IMG/VR virus record: IMGVR_UViG_3300007992_000015
Location: 1-25,155 of that record
Direction: 5' to 3' (one strand)
From: a virus
Lineage: Duplodnaviria; Caudoviricetes
Length of the DNA: 25,155 nt
In this document: positions 1 to 11,100 of the stretch, in pieces
Layout of the letters: the number at the start of each line of letters is the position of its first letter
Position numbering within the stretch: the first letter of the stretch is position 1
Made by a program: the position numbers and the translations under genes
Notes under the pieces: generated by a model
The model's input: the letters and a program-made list of their open reading frames with translations, nothing else
Told to the model about the DNA's origin: nothing
The model's database searches: none

Positions 1-3000
1 ATGGTCTTACAATATTTTTTGTTAAGTCAAGTGATGCAGAAAAATCTGCGTTTGCTATATCAGCTACATTTGTAGTAGTAAAACTATCAACAACAAAACC
101 ATTTTTAAATCTATTTCTACCCTCTTCATCAAGGATATTTAAATTATTTGTATTGACTTCAAGTAAAGTTAATGATGTATATTTTTCTACATTAGAAAGT
201 CTATCATCCAACTTTCCAATATCTTTCATCGTATAATTTCTTGTCTTCTCACGAATAACTTTAGCATCTCCAACATTTTTCAAATATGGTGGAAGTTTAA
301 TAGTAGCAAGTAATAGACCTGCTGATTCATCTTCAGCTAATGCAGGTTCAATAGAATCTCCTCCTTGAACAACTCTTAATTCACCAGTAATGTAACCATA
401 TTTTTGATTACTTGGTGTTAAGTATACCTTGTCAACTCTACCAGTATAGAAATCATAATCCAACCCAAATATAGATTCTGGGGCAGGGACCTTTTGATTG
501 AATGGAGTAGATGATGTGTAAATATTAAAAGCAGAATTTATTTCTTTAAAAGGACTATCAATACTACCACTAGTACCACCAGCAATGGATGGGTTTGTAT
601 AATACCTAAAATCAATTATATCAGCCATTGATGCATATCTATATGTCAAAGGAATATCTGAGTATTCCAAATCGCCATATGACTCAACAGAATAAAAATC
701 ATTTGTTAGATTTTCATGTTTGAAATAATCGAATGCAATAATAAATTTTTCTGTTGGTTCAGCAGCTGATGATTTTCTAACTAATTTTGAAATTCTATAA
801 AAATCATTGGTATCATTTCTAACAAATTTAAAATCATCTGTTATGTCTTCGTACTTACCATAACTAGATTCTTTAATAAAAATACCAACAACTTGAATTT
901 TAGAGATAACAGTAACTGCAATTGCTAAATTACTACCTGATAAAAATCTTGAATTTGAAAGATATTTAATATAAACTTTATTTGCGGAAGCTTTTGATAT
1001 AACTCTTGCTTTGACTGTACCAAGAGTTAACATATCACCCTCAGTAATCTGAGAAGAATCATTTAATGTTACAGAATCAAATAGATCAGTAGTCAGTGTT
1101 GCATCATTTACAGCTTTGTGGATGGCATGTACTTTGATTACATCTGGATATTTTAAAGAGATTTCTTTATCTGTATACCTAGTACCATACTTATTATTAG
1201 AATCATTTTTTTCTAAATCTACTGATAGAAATTTATAAGTTTCTGCTGTTTTTTTTCTTACTGTTGGATTTGAAATTCTTACGTTATAATACAAAGTTGC
1301 AATAGTACCAGAAGGTAATGCTGTGGTGATAGTAACAGTATTTCCTGATGAAGATTGATTAAAAGCTACTGATTGAGTAGCTGTCACAATAGCAATACTA
1401 CTTGTATCAATTACATTACCTGTAGATGCTTGTAATACAAAAATTCCGTTAGTATCTGCAGTTTTTGTTTCAACAAATAATCTGTTGTGTACATATGGAA
1501 AATTTTCTCCCACAGATTTAACTGGTTTTAGTGAAATTTTACTAGTAAACCCAGTCTCAGAAGAATATAATTTACAAATTTGTTTACGTACACTATAATA
1601 AGTTCCGTCCGGTGTATTAGGGGGTGATGATAAAGTAATTTCAGTTCCAGAATCATTAATACTATCAACTTGTACTGCAGTTTCAGAACCAATTGCAACA
1701 CTAGATTTTTCAGATAATTCAAAATTAAATGCAGTATTAACACCAGTTAATTTATTAGATGAAACACTAAATGAGGAACCAGATATTGGTAAAGAATCTA
1801 ATTTAATATTGCTCGAGAATCCGGTGGATTTTGCAACTTTTCTTGTATTTTCAAGTAAATATTTTTTAGTTGCAGTGATAGTTGATGCAGAAATTAACTG
1901 ATTATTACTAGAAAGAATAGATTCTCCAGATATAAAATTACCAGTAACTTGTGTTAATCTTATTACTTTTGTTGATGCATTTACAAGGTCAACAAATGCA
2001 GTAGATCCAGATAAACTACCGGTAATAAAATCTTCCTCGACAATACCATCAACAGAACTTAGAGTTAACTCTTCATATAATGAAATTCTATTAATATATA
2101 ATCTATCAGAATTTACTAATCCTACAGCTTTTGCAATACCAATGTTAACATCATCAGCATCTTTTAAAAATAAGGCATCACCAAGATTTACTGTGCCAGA
2201 TACAATCGGTAAATTTTGATCACTTCTTGCTATTTTAAAATAAGAACCAATTTGCAATACAGACCCTTGATTATTAAGTGTTTGAGTTTTTCTTGGTTTT
2301 GGAACTAAAGTATATTGCTTTCTTTCATTTAAAACTTCAAATCCTTCAACATATGCTTTACCTTCAGATAACTCAATAGCATAATAATCTTTTCCCAATA
2401 TGTATTGAGTCGTACCATCGGTATATTCGTTAGCACCAATATCAACAGCGGCCGCACCTGGTGGAATTTCATCTACAACTGTTCTTCCATCATAAGAAAT
2501 TTCGTTAGCGTAATATACACCACCATTTACGCCATCATTTAGTGCTTCTCTAATTTTAATAGTATATGGTTGTGTTGTAAAACTACCATGGTTACTATAT
2601 GTTCTTCTAGCTAGATTCTTTTCTAGTTGAGAATATGCAGATTGATATGCATCAGCCTGTTGAGTTATTACACCATCTTCAAATCTCATCAATTCGATGA
2701 AATTGGAATTTTCAGTTATTAATAGATTTTGTTTTACTAATTTTAAATCAAACTTTAGTCTATCTGCACCAGGAGAGGCAAAATTTGTAGATCCCAGTGA
2801 ATTATCATATAATGTAGAATCTTCTTCAGCACTAACAACAGTTTCTGTAATTTGAAGTCCTACTTTATATGTTGGTTTTGTATTATATTGTTCCAATATA
2901 ATTTTTTGTGGTAAAACCTCTACAAAAAATCCTCTAATAAAATAAACACCAGCATTAATATTTACAGTAGAACCAATATATGATGTTGCATTCTGTACAG

Positions 3001-3487
3001 TCGTAACAGCTACAGCAGCTCCTTGTTCATCCAAAAGAATTTCATTGTTTTTAAACTCTTTTAATTGTTCATTATTCTCTTCAATGCCACCATAATTATA
3101 TGAAATGTATAGTGTCGTTGTATCTTTTTCGGAGTCTGTTGCTGATAACGTATCGGTAACTTCTGCTTTGACCCCCGAAAAAGCGCCTGTTAAAATTTTT
3201 CCTTTTAATGATTGTAAATATGATTCTACAGAAATTCCATTTATTAGTGGTTGCACTAATACTGATTTTGCAGTCAAATCATAGTTTACATTACCAGGTA
3301 TTACAAGAGAACCATCTTTAAAAATGTGCTGACCAAATTTTTCTACTTGATTCTGCAATACAGATTGTAGAGTATTAAGTTCTCTAGTTTGTACAGAATA
3401 TCCTGGTTTAAATAATACTTTTTGATAATTCTTTGAACTATCAAAATCATCAAAGTATGGAGATATTTTGAGATTTGTTTCCTGCAT
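1..3487 (-). CDS. vrlC: DUF4815-domain / VrlC-like large virion structural (tail/baseplate) protein, 3'-truncated by the window edge (>1160 aa)
   Basis: Not in the ORF track because no stop lies in the window. Hand translation from ATG at 3487 gives MQETNLKISPYFDDFDSSKNYQKVLFKPGYSVQTRELNTLQSVLQNQVEKFGQHIFKDGS, the typical DUF4815 N-terminus. It later contains NFASPGADRLK and, in the same frame near position 1, RNYTMKDIGKLDDRLSNVEKYTSLTLLE...NRFKNGFVVDSF. It lies directly downstream of gp8, as in T4-like cyanophages. Confidence 0.88.
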   Translation of the reverse strand, partial: MQETNLKISPYFDDFDSSKNYQKVLFKPGYSVQTRELNTLQSVLQNQVEKFGQHIFKDGSLVIPGNVNYDLTAKSVLVQPLINGISVESYLQSLKGKILTGAFSGVKAEVTDTLSATDSEKDTTTLYISYNYGGIEENNEQLKEFKNNEILLDEQGAAVAVTTVQNATSYIGSTVNINAGVYFIRGFFVEVLPQKIILEQYNTKPTYKVGLQITETVVSAEEDSTLYDNSLGSTNFASPGADRLKFDLKLVKQNLLITENSNFIELMRFEDGVITQQADAYQSAYSQLEKNLARRTYSNHGSFTTQPYTIKIREALNDGVNGGVYYANEISYDGRTVVDEIPPGAAAVDIGANEYTDGTTQYILGKDYYAIELSEGKAYVEGFEVLNERKQYTLVPKPRKTQTLNNQGSVLQIGSYFKIARSDQNLPIVSGTVNLGDALFLKDADDVNIGIAKAVGLVNSDRLYINRISLYEELTLSSVDGIVEEDFITGSLSGSTAFVDLVNASTKVIRLTQVTGNFISGESILSSNNQLISASTITATKKYLLENTRKVAKSTGFSSNIKLDSLPISGSSFSVSSNKLTGVNTAFNFELSEKSSVAIGSETAVQVDSINDSGTEITLSSPPNTPDGTYYSVRKQICKLYSSETGFTSKISLKPVKSVGENFPYVHNRLFVETKTADTNGIFVLQASTGNVIDTSSIAIVTATQSVAFNQSSSGNTVTITTALPSGTIATLYYNVRISNPTVRKKTAETYKFLSVDLEKNDSNNKYGTRYTDKEISLKYPDVIKVHAIHKAVNDATLTTDLFDSVTLNDSSQITEGDMLTLGTVKARVISKASANKVYIKYLSNSRFLSGSNLAIAVTVISKIQVVGIFIKESSYGKYEDITDDFKFVRNDTNDFYRISKLVRKSSAAEPTEKFIIAFDYFKHENLTNDFYSVESYGDLEYSDIPLTYRYASMADIIDFRYYTNPSIAGGTSGSIDSPFKEINSAFNIYTSSTPFNQKVPAPESIFGLDYDFYTGRVDKVYLTPSNQKYGYITGELRVVQGGDSIEPALAEDESAGLLLATIKLPPYLKNVGDAKVIREKTRNYTMKDIGKLDDRLSNVEKYTSLTLLEVNTNNLNILDEEGRNRFKNGFVVDSFTTTNVADIANADFSASLDLTKNIVRP

Positions 3488-3518
3488 TTATAGGGCCTTC
3501 AAGGGGATTGCTTTTGAT

Positions 3519-3526
3519 TATTTATT
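3519..3526 (-). promoter_or_regulatory. T4-type late promoter (AATAAATA)
   Basis: Minus-strand AATAAATA immediately after the gp8 stop and ~30 nt upstream of the DUF4815 ATG; matches the NATAAATA gp55-dependent late consensus. Confidence 0.7.
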
Positions 3527-5116
3527 TTAAAATTCCACAACCAATTTGATATCTTCAACTTGGTCATTTGATCTGTTTATTGCTTTTCTATTTTCAACAT
3601 AAATTATATTACCACTATTTTTTTTAACTTCTGAAGAAGCATATCCATTAGTAAATGTTACACCAAAAGATGTTCCACTACCGTCAGGAGTACCTGTTGC
3701 AGTTCCTTGTGAAGTTGTAGATGTAATTGAATTAGAACCACTAAATGGTATTAATTTATATTTATTCTGAGCTGTTTGATTTGATTCATCAATAAATTCG
3801 TTTTGATAATACCTCAGTACATTCAAAGTAGAATCCCAATGAATTACTCTACCAGCCGCACCGGTAGTAGATTGGGTTATAATTTTACCAGGTTCAAAAT
3901 CATTAGTAGGAGCTCCAACTCCACTAGTTGGAAATTTAATTGAAAGACAAGCAGTTGCTGTATCTGTAATTAAATCTGTATTGCTTGGTGTTTGTGGATC
4001 TGCGACTAATCCATATCTTCTGAACTGGGAGTCAACAGGAACATCACCATCACCATCAAGAAATTCTAGAGCCTTGTTAATCATTACTCTATACCCACCC
4101 AACTCTAATGCAGGATTTGAACCATGACCACCAGGTGGAGAAATTATTACTTCAATTGATCCTGTTAGTGTAGTACTAGAACCAGTTCTAGAAAGTGCAT
4201 TTGCAATACTAGTATAAGCTTCTCCTAGAAGAACTGTTCCTCTAGTGTAATCAGAACCAACTTGTGATAACAAAGCCCTATCAATTTTACCAGCATTACT
4301 ACCAGTAGCAGGAATTATAATTTGTGCAATAGCTTTTGTTGCATCATTTCCTGCACCACCATCTCCAATAATTGGACAATAGTAAGTATTTGATGTTTGT
4401 CCAGTGTTGCCATTATTAGTAATAAGTAATTGGTCTATAGAACCTTCAATTGCAGCTGCAACAACATTGGTATCTTTTTTTACCGGAATAAAATCACTAG
4501 AAACAAATCTAATGTAATCTGAAATATTGATGGTATACATATACTTCCATCTATATTTGTCTGCTGTAGAATCACCTCCAATTATACCCGTATCAGTTCC
4601 CTGTGGTTCTACAGTAGATTCTCTACCATCTGGGTCTGATGGACTAATACCATTGTAGATACACTTATATACTTGATAATTACTGTTTATAACATAAAAT
4701 TGAGCGTCATATAAACTAGATTGTCCATTCAGAGATAAATTACTTGATGTATAATTATTTTTATACATGTCATACTTAACACCAGATTTCCAAGTATTTC
4801 TTCTAATTACTTGAGAAAGATCTGATCTATTAACTCTTTTCATAGAAATCATATCATCATAAATTTCATTCATATCATTGAATGAGTCAAATATTGATGG
4901 TGGTTCAAATTCGCTTACTCCACTAACTCCATCATATCTTTCTAAATCCCAAGATTGAGATCTTCCAGTAAATAGATAAATTTTACTTCTATATTTTATT
5001 GCAGACTGATCGCTATCAATAACGGGAACGTCAGAAGAATCATATGGTTCTTCCAGAGATTCCATAAATTGTTCCGCTGCAAAAACCCTAAAATTATCGG
5101 TGACTAGTGAAGGCAT
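3527..5116 (-). CDS. gp8: Baseplate wedge subunit (T4 gp8-like)
   Basis: 529 aa. N-terminal LVTDNFRVFAAEQFMES, MISMKRV...VIRRNTWKSG..YDMY, FYVINSNYQVYKCIYN, YRWKYMYTI, PPGGHGSNPALELGG and C-terminal SGNIIYVENRKAINRSNDQVEDIKLVVEF are gp8 hallmarks. Synteny after gp6/gp7. Confidence 0.93.
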   Translation of the reverse strand: MPSLVTDNFRVFAAEQFMESLEEPYDSSDVPVIDSDQSAIKYRSKIYLFTGRSQSWDLERYDGVSGVSEFEPPSIFDSFNDMNEIYDDMISMKRVNRSDLSQVIRRNTWKSGVKYDMYKNNYTSSNLSLNGQSSLYDAQFYVINSNYQVYKCIYNGISPSDPDGRESTVEPQGTDTGIIGGDSTADKYRWKYMYTINISDYIRFVSSDFIPVKKDTNVVAAAIEGSIDQLLITNNGNTGQTSNTYYCPIIGDGGAGNDATKAIAQIIIPATGSNAGKIDRALLSQVGSDYTRGTVLLGEAYTSIANALSRTGSSTTLTGSIEVIISPPGGHGSNPALELGGYRVMINKALEFLDGDGDVPVDSQFRRYGLVADPQTPSNTDLITDTATACLSIKFPTSGVGAPTNDFEPGKIITQSTTGAAGRVIHWDSTLNVLRYYQNEFIDESNQTAQNKYKLIPFSGSNSITSTTSQGTATGTPDGSGTSFGVTFTNGYASSEVKKNSGNIIYVENRKAINRSNDQVEDIKLVVEF

Positions 5117-5144
5117 TACTTTTTCGGTTTCTCTTTTATACTTT

Positions 5145-5152
5145 TATTTATC
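5145..5152 (-). promoter_or_regulatory. T4-type late promoter (GATAAATA)
   Basis: Minus-strand TGATAAATA overlaps the gp7 TGA stop, ~30 nt upstream of the gp8 ATG. Confidence 0.7.
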
Positions 5153-8100
5153 AGAGATAATTGTCGAAATATACAGAAGTTCCTGTTGTTTGGTGAGAAG
5201 ATGCGGACGTTCCAGCAACTCCTCTAGTAATACCAATTAATGTATTACTAATAATTTCTGTATATTCAATAACCTCTTCCTTTTCATCAGTTCCGTTGAG
5301 GATAATGACACGATGACTATCATAACCAGTTCCAGGATTTTTTATATTAACACCTGTTAATGTGCCAGACACATTTAGAACTGGTTCAAGAACACACCCA
5401 GAACCACCGCCACCAGTTACTGCAATAGCAACATCGCGATCATCCATACTAGAACCACCTGAAAGTATTTCCATATCAATAATTTTACCATTAAAAACTT
5501 TCACGTTATTAATTTGAGCAACAGTACCAGAATTGGAAGTTACTGTTACCACTGGTGGATTACTTGATAGTCCAGTAGCATTTCCAAGTACTACAGTAGT
5601 AGATGAATTAGTTAGAGCAGTATTAAGTTTAGTTGCTTTTCTAACTTCGGATTTATGTATTGGTTGTTTTTTATATGATGTAGCGTAAACTGTTGCAATA
5701 GCAGTTTGATCATTATAAACATTTCTACCAGGATATTGAAGTTCTATTGACGATGCATCAACAACGTTTTCTCCAATAAGAGTTTTAACACGAGCAACTG
5801 CTTTTGCACTAGAACCAGTTCCTTTTGTACGAATTACAACAGGATTTTCATAATACCCACCACCATCTGTCATTGTAAATCCTGAAACTATTCCATCAGA
5901 ATAGTTTGTAGTGGCAACAAATCCTGAAGGACTATTATCTGTATATGATGCTGTTTCTAATACTGTTGGTGAATTTATCTTTGTAATAGTTCTTGGAGAA
6001 CTTTCTCCAGAAATATAAAGTTCATCACCAACAGATACTTGATTAAGTCTACTAAAGACTTTTACATTAGCAGCAGTTCCACGGAAATCTAAGAATGATA
6101 GTCTTGATCCTGAAACACTATTTATGAATACTACATTATTATTATCAATATAAAAATCATACAACGGACTTTGAACTTCTCCATCTTTAATAATAATGAT
6201 CTGATTTTCAAGTTCTCTAGGTCTTTCTATGTGTGCGTTCGGATAGTAAACATCACTTGATTTTGTTAATGGGAATACAGTTCCTGAACCACTAGCAATT
6301 GTATCCAACTTATCAAACATACCAACAGATCTCACAGAAATAATATCACTAGAAGATGGTGAAGTTGTAAACTGAATTTGACTTTCATTATCTCCAGTTA
6401 ATGTAAATTGGTGACCAGGTTCCAATAACTCACCATTTTTTGTAACTAACAAACTTGTAGGATCTGGAGTCGAATCATCACTAACAGTGCCAGGAGGCAT
6501 AAAGTTTTCTTCTCCATCAAACATATTGAATGTGTTTCTTGAACCATCGAATGGCGTATGTATTTCATCTAATAGATGGAATAACCCATTAAATTTAATT
6601 GCAAATAACGAACCAGTTGTGTGTGCAGTTGATAATGTAATGGTATTATTATCATCCCAAGTAAAATCACCATTTTCGGCAAATTTCCACACATTGTTTG
6701 AAAATATAACTAATCCTTCTTTATCATAATTTGAAGAATATGTATCTGAAAGATTATAAGTATTTCCGGATACATTTGTTAAACTCTTTAGTTTATTATC
6801 ATTCATTTTTACGAAGAAAAATGTATCGGATAATACGGGAGGAGTAGTAAATTCAACCTGTCTGTCATTGGAAATTAAATTATATTCTGCTCCAGGATTC
6901 AGTACAATACCATTTTTGGAAATAAGAATATCAGCATTTTCATCAACTTCATTAACACTCCAATTATTTTGGTTAAAATAGATATTAAAAATAGTTTTAG
7001 TACCATTTGGACAATTTTCAAAATCATCAAGTAAAATTAATGATGGATATTTAGTGATGAAAACTTGAGTTGGATCAAATCCATCAGTATGTTGCAATAC
7101 AATAGTATCATTATTTGTAACTGTAAAATCACCCCTACGTTTAAATCTAGGAACACCATCCGCAAATAATATAATATCGTCATCTTGAGAACCACTTAAA
7201 GCAGACGATAATGTATAAGTTTTTGTACTAGAAGTAGAACCAGATTGTGTAAATGATAATTCTTCTCTACCATAAACATATAGTAAATATATGTCATCAG
7301 ACTCTATTACATTAGTGGTAAATTCAATAAATCCTTGACCAATAGTATAGTCTTCTGTGGGATTTTGAACTACACTATTTCTCATGACCAAAATGTGAGC
7401 TGGATCATATCCCAAACTATTATTATATGGTTCATACTTATCAGTAGGATCTAATCGATTTACCCAAGATAACTTGTATCTAGTTGGTTTAATTTGAACA
7501 CCATTCTTGGTCTGAGTAAGTTTTGCATAGTTGTCATCAATAAAATCTACATATACGTTATCATTACCAATTGTAATAATGTCTATTTTATCATTGAGTT
7601 CAAAACTTGGATTGACAAATGTAATAGTAGATCCAGAAAGTGTATACGAAATACCAGGTTCTTGTACAACACCATCTATAGAAACTAACAATCCATTAAC
7701 ATTAGGAATATTGGTAACAGCTGAACCACCAGAGGTTAAATTGTATGAATTAGTAGATGTGTTTGATACTGTAATTTCATCACATTGAACAAACATGGTA
7801 GCATCACTTCCATTGTATGCATATATGGAGACATTATCATTTGTCTTAGATACGTTATCTGTAAAATTAAATGTATATATTCCAGAAACAGGACCAGATA
7901 CTGTATATGCACTATTTGGATTTTGTTTTACACCATTCACAAAAATAATAAAATCATTAGCAGTAAAATTCACATAAACTGATAGTGTATTTGAATTTAC
8001 TTGACTTATATCTGATTGCGTAAAAGTTCCAAGACCAGATTTTTTCAAATTTAACATGTAAATATAGTCTCCAACTTGTTGTGGAGCAACATCAAACACA

Positions 8101-11100
8101 ATAGTTGGATTAACTGTACCATTAACAGTATAATCAATATCATATACTTGATGAACTCCATTTCTGAAGACTACCAGATTATTTTCTTGTATTAAATTAC
8201 TAGCATTATAATTTTGTGTTATTGAAAATTCTTTTTGAATACCATCAACATAATTTCCAAAATCAAGTCTTTGATTTCTTTGTAAATTACCACCATATGA
8301 GAACCACGCAAATATCTTTCCTTCCTCATCTACAGTTGGTGCCTCGGAAAAATTAATTTGCCAAGTTCCAGTGTTACTATTTTCAGCAAGAACATAATCT
8401 ACACCAGGTTTTTGTATAACACCATTTCTTGACATGTACAGGTGTAAATTAGTAGTTGATGTATAATTAAATACTGCACCATCAACAGCAAATGGGAAAG
8501 AAGTTCTTACTCCATCAAAACAATATAAATCATCAAACATTACATTATTAGTACTTACTGGTTGCAGCTGTCTGTTAAAATAAATTAAACTTATATCATC
8601 TGAATTTGTTGGAGGTGCAACAAAAGTAATTTTATTATTATTTACAGATTGTGTCTGTGAATCTGGTCTCTCTAATTTATTATTTTTAATTTTAAAAATA
8701 TCACCAACATTTCTTACATACTTAGGAACTCCTCTATCAGAAAGATTGAATGTAGTTCTTGATCCATTTTGTAATACGTTTATTCTATCAAGAATAGCAC
8801 AATTTTGACTGTTAGTATTTGAAACATAATCACTTACAAAATCAAGTATGGTACATTTTTTAGTGGAAGCATAAGTTTGTGAAAAATTAATTGTACTACC
8901 AGACACAGAATATTGATCATGATCTAAAATATCATTATCAATATAAACAATCAAACTCTCTTCTCCATTACGTGGAGTATAGGTTTCTCCATTAGTTTCT
9001 AATGAAAAAGATTGTGTAGATCCATCAAGTGATATAGCGTCTATTACCTCAACATAACTATCGGAATGACTAGGACTTGTGTATATAAATTTAGTATCAA
9101 AACCTTCAACTTTAGTAGAACTTACCGGAACAATGGTTCCGTCAATATATTTTTTTCTAATTTCATAAAGTGATTCTGGTTTTTTTACAGCATTAGATTC
9201 AATCTTCTCTAAAAATTTAGTTTTTTCGCAAGGAAGTTGTTTGAGAATTTTATTTTGATTGAATGTTGAACTATCAAGTTTTTGACATGTGATATTACCA
9301 TCATAATACCAACCAAATATTTCATTTGAAGGAATTGATTCAGAAAATACAATTTGATTTCCAGTAACCGTAAAATCGGTTAATAGTTGTGTTTGGAATA
9401 TACCTGTGCGGAATATAAGTAATTGACAATTACTTGTAGGAGTTTGAGTAATTGTATACGTAGTTCCAGATCCAGTGAAAGTTAATGAACTTAAATTAGT
9501 ATGTCTTACAGCTATTACATTAGAATCATTACTAACTGATTGACTCGTTTCTACAGCATTAGCGGAAACAGTTAAATTTGCAGGATTTTGAACTACACCA
9601 CCAATAGAAATAATAAATTCGTCTAAAATAGAACTGGTTATTGGATAAGAAGATTTTTCTAAACTAAATGAGAATGAAGTTTCATTTGCATTTAAAACTT
9701 GATTATCTAATTTCACAAATGAAGTGTCAATAGTATACAAAACAATTTCATCAGAATTATCAACATTATAACGAGGAATATAAGAAGTAGGATTTTCTGA
9801 TATTTCATAACTTTCACCTGGTTCCTGGAAAATACCATTCCAGAAATTAAATGATTTATTTGTAGCATCAGATATACCAAATGCAAATTTTTTATCTACT
9901 TGTACTAATATTTCACCAAGTACAAAAGATTTATTATTATTATAAACTTCAACAATTAAAGAAGACTCAGTAACTTCTTTAATTCTTCCAACCGCTTCTG
10001 ATACAGTGCCTGTAATGTAACCACCAGTAGTAAACCCAGACGCATTTGATAAGAAAAGTCTTTGTGTACCACATGGAGATAATTTTAATGATAAATCAAG
10101 AGTTCTTGAAATTTTAGTAGAAAAAATTACACTACTTTTAAATACATCAAGTGGATTTTTAAAGAAAGATTTTCTTCTTTCTATAAGTTTTTTACCAAAC
10201 TGTTTAAATCCAGCTGGATGTGTGTTGATATTTTGTTGATATTTCCATTCTTTAGTATCTCTAGATGAAGTTAAACTATAAGACCAATCTTGGTAGTAAT
10301 TACTATCAGTTATTTTTTGTAAAGATTCACTAGTTCTACCTGATATATTAGGTGAATCAATTTGTAATTGTGAATATGATCTTACTTTAGAATATGCTTT
10401 TGATCTTCTAATACTTTGAATTTTTCCATATTTTTTACCTTCTACGTAAATGATATCACCATCTTTAAATTGACCTGAATTTTCATTAAATTCTAAAGAT
10501 GATGATCTTGAATCATAGTTAACAACATCAATATTAATTGATACTGGAAACAATAAAGAGTTTACAGTTCCAGTTAAAATTTGTTTAGGAAATAAGTTTT
10601 TCCTTCTCAATTTTGCCTTTAGTATTGCATTTTTACCAGTTTTTGTAGTAACAGTTAATGTTGGTTCTTCATTAAAATTCATACCACCATCAAGAACTGA
10701 TACTGATGTAATAGTTCCGAGATAAACATTTAATTTTAATCTCGCCAAACCAGTTTCACCATTTACCAAAATAGTATCTGTATCAAAATATTTGTCGCCA
10801 CCATCAACTATCTCAACACCATAAATTTCAAAATTATTAATAATTTTAGCAGTAGATGGAATATTCAAATAATGATTTACATTACTATTTGCAGTGATCG
10901 AAGAACCAACTGAACTATAGGATAATTTTTTAAGTTTTCCTATCGTACCAGAATTTGATTGAATTATGGCTTTCCCATTACCAGCTTCAGTATTTTCTGT
11001 TCCTTTCTTAATAAGTCCAGTAATAGTAGGCAATTTTTTATATCCACTACCAGCACTTGTTATAGAAATTTCTTCAATTGGTCCCCTAGCACCATAAGAT

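Noticed and set aside
1528-1743. 71-aa minus-strand ORF from the track
   Set aside because: Out-of-frame shadow inside the DUF4815 gene, with Leu-rich composition typical of an alternate frame.
3485-3492. TATAAATG as a second late promoter for the DUF4815 gene
   Set aside because: It overlaps the start codon itself, so a transcript from it would begin inside the gene.
6100-9860. CRISPR array, or diversity-generating retroelement TR/VR pair
   Set aside because: The repeats are visible only at the protein level; I saw no near-identical nucleotide repeats, adenine-specific mismatch pairs or reverse transcriptase. A self dot-plot would confirm this.
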